Assembly (NCBI GenBank): GCA_963664825.1
Contig: OY761614.1
Coordinates: 2,624,001 to 2,688,000, forward strand
Length of the DNA stretch: 64,000 nucleotides
Direction of reading: 5' to 3'
From: an uncultured Holophaga sp.
GTDB taxonomy: Bacteria > Acidobacteriota > Holophagae > Holophagales > Holophagaceae
The notes under the pieces are model-generated. The model did not search any database. It was not told the DNA's origin and was given only the letters and a program-made list of their open reading frames with translations. This document shows positions 59,111 through 64,000 of this stretch, in pieces (position 1 is the stretch's first letter; every line of letters starts with the position of its first letter). A program made the translations under genes and the position numbers.

Positions 59111-61882
59111 ATGAGCACGACGTGGGATTGGCCTGGCTCCCATTGGTGGCGCGTTGATCTTCACGCGCACTCTCCAGCGTCCTACGACTTCAAGCCAGAG
59201 ACTGATCGAGTGGCGGCGGATTGGTTGGCATGGGTGGTCGCATGCAGAACAGCAGGCCTTCATGCCGTCGCACTCACAGACCACAATACTCCTGATGGGG
59301 TGCCAGGGATTCAAGAGGCACAGCGAAATTCCTCCGGAATCATTGTTTTCCCTGGAGTAGAGGCCACCGTCGGTGGCATTCACATACTGTGCATATTGGA
59401 TCCTAGATGTGGTCGGGACGACGTAGTGTCGATGCTCTCCAAGCTTGGCATCGATCCATCCGCTTTCGGCACCCATGAAGCTTCTTCGACCAAGAGCATT
59501 GTCGAGGCATTTGAAATCGCAAATGCCTCGGGAGCCATTGTTGTTGCTGCTCATGTGAATGGGCCAAAAGGCTTACTGACACTGAGCGGTGTTGATCGAC
59601 TCAAGGCGCTCAAACACGCAGGGCTCGCGGCTGCTGAGATCGCACTGGTTGCGCCATCAGACCCAGATGAGACATGGCTCGACCCCACAGGCGATGATGT
59701 TCAAACTTGGTTGGATGGGTCGAACACAAATGGGAGAAAGATTACCCAGGTTTGGGGATCAGACAGTCATTCACATGCGCATGCTGGTCGCCAGTTTACG
59801 TGGGTGAAGATGACCCGGCCCGATATCGAAGGGTTGCGGTTGGCATTCCTCGATGGAGATGGATCTGTGTTGCCTTCATTGGCCCCCCAGGATCCGAACC
59901 GGCATGCGAGCAACGTCATCGAGAGCATCACGGTCACTAAGGCTAAATTCATGGGTCGTCCTGAACCGATGACCGTTCATTTCAATCCCTGGTTCAATGC
60001 CATTATTGGAAGTCGTGGGACTGGAAAATCTACGCTTGTGGACTTCTGTCGGGTCGCACTCCGTCGGGAGAATGAGCTGGATGGTGGAGGAGAGACCACT
60101 CTACGGTCCGTGCTGGATAAGCGCATGCGCATTCCAGTGGGTCGTCATGATGAAGGACTCATTACTTCTGACACTGTTGTGGACGTTGTTTACAGGAAGG
60201 ATGGTGAGCGGTTCTCGCTTGCATGGGATAAGCAAGGTCAAATGGCCCCAATCTCCCGATTGAATGGCACTCAACGCGTTCCAGAGAGTGGGGATATCAA
60301 CGAACGATTCCCGATAAGGATATACAGTCAAAAGCAACTTTTTGATTTGGCGAAGGATCCTGATGCACTTTTAGTCGTCATCGACGACACACCTGAGGTG
60401 CGGGGTTCAGAGCTAATGCGGGCTAGCAAAGAAGCGGAGACAAAATACCTTTCATTGTGTGCGGAGGCACGATCGCTTAAGGCTAAAGCTGCCGATCTTC
60501 CAGCACGGCAGGCCACCCTAAACGATGTGCGGCGAAAAGTAGAGGTCCTTCAGCAGGGGGGGCATGCTCAGACGCTCAGTGAATTTCGTCTGCGCCGTCT
60601 GCAAGACGATTCTTGGACTGATGCACAGCGATTGATTGAAGAAAACATCCTGGCTCTTGAACAACAAACCAATTCGTTGTCCCTTCCTGCCCTAGCGCAG
60701 ACTGATGAAGATGGGCCAGATCCAGCGATCCAGGTGTTGAAGCGGATGCACCAAGAGGCCAGTTCTGCCTTGGGAAACCTTCGAGCAGAAGTGACGAATT
60801 CTATCCAGCGGACTCGCGCTCGAATTGCCGCTATCACCTTGGGGGATGATGCGGTTGTGTGGAGTGAAGTCGTTGAAACAAGTGAACAGGGATATACGCG
60901 GGTCACTGAGCAGCTAGCCCAGGCTGGCATTGCCAACCCAGACGAGTATCGTGACTTGCTTCTGCGGGCTGAGACTCTTGAACAAGAAATCCGAACTCTT
61001 CAACTGCAATTCACTACTGGTGATGAGAGAGAGCAGGAGGCTAAGAATCAGTTGGATGTGTATCGAAATCTCCGCAGAGAATTGACTGATCGACGGACAC
61101 AATTTGCTATTGGTGCAACTAATTCGTTGATTCGAGCTGAGATCAAAGAATTCGGTGACAGCAGTGATTTTGAAGCATTTCTTCGAAATTCACTCGGGAT
61201 AGAACGATTCGACGAGGACCAGAGGGTAATTGTCGAGATGGTGGTTTCTCCAATAGAGGAGAACTCCGGCTGGTCCTTTCATGGACTAGACTCTGCCGTA
61301 ACCCGCCTTCGGGAAGTCGTATCGGATCCAAAAGAAAAATGGCTTTCCACTGACCGCCGTTTTGAGGCAGCTCTGCGGAGGCTGCAACCAGAGCGAATTG
61401 ATCGCCTGGCACTCTACACTCCTCAGGACTCCGTCGACGTTAGTTTCCGTGATCCCAGAGATAGTGGGAATCAATGGCGGAAATTGTCCCAGGGCTCTCC
61501 GGGACAGCAGACGGCGGCTCTCCTGGCTTTTGTTCTTGGCTATGGTGAGGAGCCAATAATCCTCGACCAACCAGAAGATGATCTGGACAACACCCTCATC
61601 TACGAGCTGCTGGTTCAGCGATTACGTGACAGCAAACAGTCCCGACAAATAATTGTCGTCACTCACAATCCGAATATCGTTGTCCATGGGGACGCGGAGC
61701 TTGTTGTATCTCTTGAGGCAGTGTCGGGCCAAAGTAAAATTAAATTTGCTGGTGGCTTACAAGAACAGGAGGCTCGAGAAGAAATTTGCCGCGTCATGGA
61801 AGGAGGACGCCAAGCATTTGAAACGCGATACCGGCGCATCTCGGGAGTAGGGAGAAGGCATACGGATGGGAATGCCTTATGA
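59111..61882 (+). CDS. PHP-domain plus SMC/ABC-type ATPase (TrlF/Ppl-like)
   Basis: PHP: DLHAHS, TDHN, AAHVN, GSDSHS; Walker A GSRGTGKS; SPGQ signature, IILDQPEDDLDN, VVTHN. Confidence 0.85.
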   Translation: MSTTWDWPGSHWWRVDLHAHSPASYDFKPETDRVAADWLAWVVACRTAGLHAVALTDHNTPDGVPGIQEAQRNSSGIIVFPGVEATVGGIHILCILDPRCGRDDVVSMLSKLGIDPSAFGTHEASSTKSIVEAFEIANASGAIVVAAHVNGPKGLLTLSGVDRLKALKHAGLAAAEIALVAPSDPDETWLDPTGDDVQTWLDGSNTNGRKITQVWGSDSHSHAHAGRQFTWVKMTRPDIEGLRLAFLDGDGSVLPSLAPQDPNRHASNVIESITVTKAKFMGRPEPMTVHFNPWFNAIIGSRGTGKSTLVDFCRVALRRENELDGGGETTLRSVLDKRMRIPVGRHDEGLITSDTVVDVVYRKDGERFSLAWDKQGQMAPISRLNGTQRVPESGDINERFPIRIYSQKQLFDLAKDPDALLVVIDDTPEVRGSELMRASKEAETKYLSLCAEARSLKAKAADLPARQATLNDVRRKVEVLQQGGHAQTLSEFRLRRLQDDSWTDAQRLIEENILALEQQTNSLSLPALAQTDEDGPDPAIQVLKRMHQEASSALGNLRAEVTNSIQRTRARIAAITLGDDAVVWSEVVETSEQGYTRVTEQLAQAGIANPDEYRDLLLRAETLEQEIRTLQLQFTTGDEREQEAKNQLDVYRNLRRELTDRRTQFAIGATNSLIRAEIKEFGDSSDFEAFLRNSLGIERFDEDQRVIVEMVVSPIEENSGWSFHGLDSAVTRLREVVSDPKEKWLSTDRRFEAALRRLQPERIDRLALYTPQDSVDVSFRDPRDSGNQWRKLSQGSPGQQTAALLAFVLGYGEEPIILDQPEDDLDNTLIYELLVQRLRDSKQSRQIIVVTHNPNIVVHGDAELVVSLEAVSGQSKIKFAGGLQEQEAREEICRVMEGGRQAFETRYRRISGVGRRHTDGNAL

Positions 61883-61982
61883 CCGATGCGTGCTGGCACC
61901 CATTCTTATTGAATTCTTCAAAATGGCATTCCCATCTGTTTGATAACAGTGGCTGGATTGAACACTCGAGAAGAGTGGACTT

Positions 61983-62636
61983 ATGAGCCTGCATCCTTGG
62001 GCAAAAGGCCCCTTCGAGTTGCTGGCTCACGCGGATGGTCACCTCCGAGGCGGAGAAGATTTTGATCGCCGCATCGCCCTAATCAGCTTTGATAACGCGA
62101 TCGAAGTGACGATCACGACATACCTCACGTTGCACCCCATCCAGCGCGGAGACCGCACCTACCCAAGTGCTGACGTAGATAAATGGCTTGCCAACTACCA
62201 CACGAAGCTGGACTTTCTTGGAATAGAACTTTCTAAACGAAGCCTGAAATGGGAAGTCGAAAAGAGCCATATCGTCTATGCCCACGAGCACCGCAATGAG
62301 CAATACCACGGTGGCAACAAAGGAACCCCTGAGAAAGAAGTCCTCGCGATCATTCGGAGAGCTGCCGTTTGGATCTTCTCCACGCTCTTCGAGGTCGCGG
62401 ATGTGGAGACCCTGCTTGAGCAGGACTGCTTGGACAAGCGACCTCCAAGCCAGCCACAACCAGACGACGCGTTCGATCGAGCCATAGATCTGGAATTTGA
62501 GATGGTGGAAGTAGCGGGCAAGGTGCTCTATGCCAGTGAGGTTCTGTTTGCCGTTGACTATGGAGAATACCGAGAAACCGGGGCTCGGCTTTGCGAGGGC
62601 ATAAGCGAGGAAGACATGATGGAGAATGACGGATGA
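61983..62636 (+). CDS. Hypothetical protein with HEPN-like RxxxxH motif
   Basis: [10 protein letters not shown] helix, RNEQYH motif; ATGA overlap with hsdR. Confidence 0.65.
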   Translation: MSLHPWAKGPFELLAHADGHLRGGEDFDRRIALISFDNAIEVTITTYLTLHPIQRGDRTYPSADVDKWLANYHTKLDFLGIELSKRSLKWEVEKSHIVYAHEHRNEQYHGGNKGTPEKEVLAIIRRAAVWIFSTLFEVADVETLLEQDCLDKRPPSQPQPDDAFDRAIDLEFEMVEVAGKVLYASEVLFAVDYGEYRETGARLCEGISEEDMMENDG

Positions 62637-64000
62637 GCGGGCGAACCTTCACCGAATCCGTCGTCGAAGAAGCCTCCCTGGCTTGGTTGGAGGGCCTGGG
62701 CTACTCCATCCTCCACGGTCCCGATATCACCTTCGGTGAGCCCGCGGCGGAGCGGATCGATCCCGGCTTCAAGGATGCAATCCTGGAAGGGCGGTTGCGA
62801 TCCGCCCTGGCCCAGCTCAATCCGGCGCTTCCTGCGGAGGCCCTGAAGGATGCCTTCCGCAAGCTCACCCGCCTGGAGGTGCCGACGCTCATCGAGCGCA
62901 ACCACAACCTGCACCGGATGCTGGTGGATGGGATCACGGTGGAATACCGCCGCCAGGACGGTTCCATCGCGGGGGCCCAGGCGCGGGTCCTGGACTTCGA
63001 TAACCCGGAGGCCAACGACTGGCTGGCGGTGAACCAGTTCACGGTGGTGGAGGGCCCGCACAACCGGCGCCCGGATGTGGTGCTCTTCGTGAATGGTCTT
63101 CCCCTGGCTGTGATCGAGCTGAAGAATTCTGCCGATGAGCAGGCCACGGTGGGAGCGGCGATCCAGCAGCTCCAGACCTACCAGGCCCAGATCCCGGCCC
63201 TTTTCGCCACCAATGCGGTGCTCGTGGCCTCGGATGGCGTCCAGGCCCGGGTGGGCGCCCTGGGAGCGGGCAAGGAGTGGTTCAAGCCCTGGCGCACCAT
63301 CGGCGGCCTGGAGGACGCTGCGGCGAGATTGGCGGAGCTGCGGGTGGTGCTGGAGGGGGTCTTCGAGAAGCGCCGCTTCCTGGATCTGGTGCGCTTCTTC
63401 ATCGTCTTCGAGGATCTGGGCGCCGGGAAGCTCGTGAAGAAGATGGCGGGCTACCACCAGTTCCACGCCGTGAACGTGGCCGTGGAGGAGACCCTCCGCG
63501 CCGCCAAGGTCATCGCCGAGGATCGCGCCGGGGACATCGCGGGGCATTATACCGCCGGTGGCAAACCCGGAGGCGCGCCCGGGGATCGGCGCGTGGGCGT
63601 GGTGTGGCACACCCAGGGCTCGGGCAAGAGCCTGTCCATGGCCTTCTACACGGGTCGTATCATCCTGCATCCCGGCATGGCCAACCCCACCGTCGTGGTG
63701 CTCACGGATCGCAATGACCTGGACGACCAGCTCTTCGGCACCTTCGCCCGGTGCAAGGACTTGCTGCGACAAGATCCCGCGCAAGCCTCTGACCGAGCGG
63801 ATCTGCGGAAGAAGCTCTCTGTAGCTTCGGGCGGTGTGGTCTTCACGACGATCCAGAAGTTTCTTCCGGACGAGCGCGGCGACCGGCACCCGGTGATCTC
63901 GGAGCGCCGCAATATCGTGGTGCTGGCCGACGAGGCGCACCGCAGTCAATACGACTTCATCGACGGCTTCGCCCGGCATCTCCGGGACGCGCTGCCCAAC
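62633..64000 (+). CDS. hsdR: Type I restriction endonuclease HsdR (runs off window end; not in ORF track)
   Basis: [13 protein letters not shown].., [45 protein letters not shown]. Confidence 0.95.
   Translation, partial: MSGRTFTESVVEEASLAWLEGLGYSILHGPDITFGEPAAERIDPGFKDAILEGRLRSALAQLNPALPAEALKDAFRKLTRLEVPTLIERNHNLHRMLVDGITVEYRRQDGSIAGAQARVLDFDNPEANDWLAVNQFTVVEGPHNRRPDVVLFVNGLPLAVIELKNSADEQATVGAAIQQLQTYQAQIPALFATNAVLVASDGVQARVGALGAGKEWFKPWRTIGGLEDAAARLAELRVVLEGVFEKRRFLDLVRFFIVFEDLGAGKLVKKMAGYHQFHAVNVAVEETLRAAKVIAEDRAGDIAGHYTAGGKPGGAPGDRRVGVVWHTQGSGKSLSMAFYTGRIILHPGMANPTVVVLTDRNDLDDQLFGTFARCKDLLRQDPAQASDRADLRKKLSVASGGVVFTTIQKFLPDERGDRHPVISERRNIVVLADEAHRSQYDFIDGFARHLRDALPN

Overview
GC-rich bacterial chromosome segment in three parts. 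(1) 1-12.9 kb: core genes (tRNA-Lys, sigma-54 activator pair, methyltransferase, YihY, Nudix hydrolase, RelA/SpoT, nitronate-monooxygenase-like, MoeA, Omp85-like protein). (2) 13,009-53,958: a 40.95-kb composite of two head-to-tail, heavily deleted Mu-like (transposable phage) elements. It has TGT...ACA termini and a perfect 5-bp target duplication (GCCGC), and sits in a 167-bp tRNA-Ser-linked repeat. Each unit keeps its ends, an XRE/S24 repressor, a Ner-like gene and a truncated MuA-like transposase; no virion genes or MuB were recognised. Cargo: a DUF6765-like protein, a PAS two-component triplet, and a class I lanthipeptide cluster (LanB, LanC, HlyD, two ABC exporters, three dispersed LxLxKx5L/double-Gly precursors with unrelated cores plus a fourth candidate; one precursor is absent from the ORF track). 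The second unit also has a C4-like antisense switch upstream of an antirepressor, and both contain many IS elements. The 39-bp spacer between the two units is a diverged copy of the same target repeat, which suggests repeated targeting of this repeat. (3) 54-64 kb: two divergent tRNA-Ser genes and a type I restriction-modification operon with embedded DUF1016, PHP-ATPase (Ppl/TrlF-like) and HEPN-like genes. All family calls come from motif recognition by eye; no searches were run.
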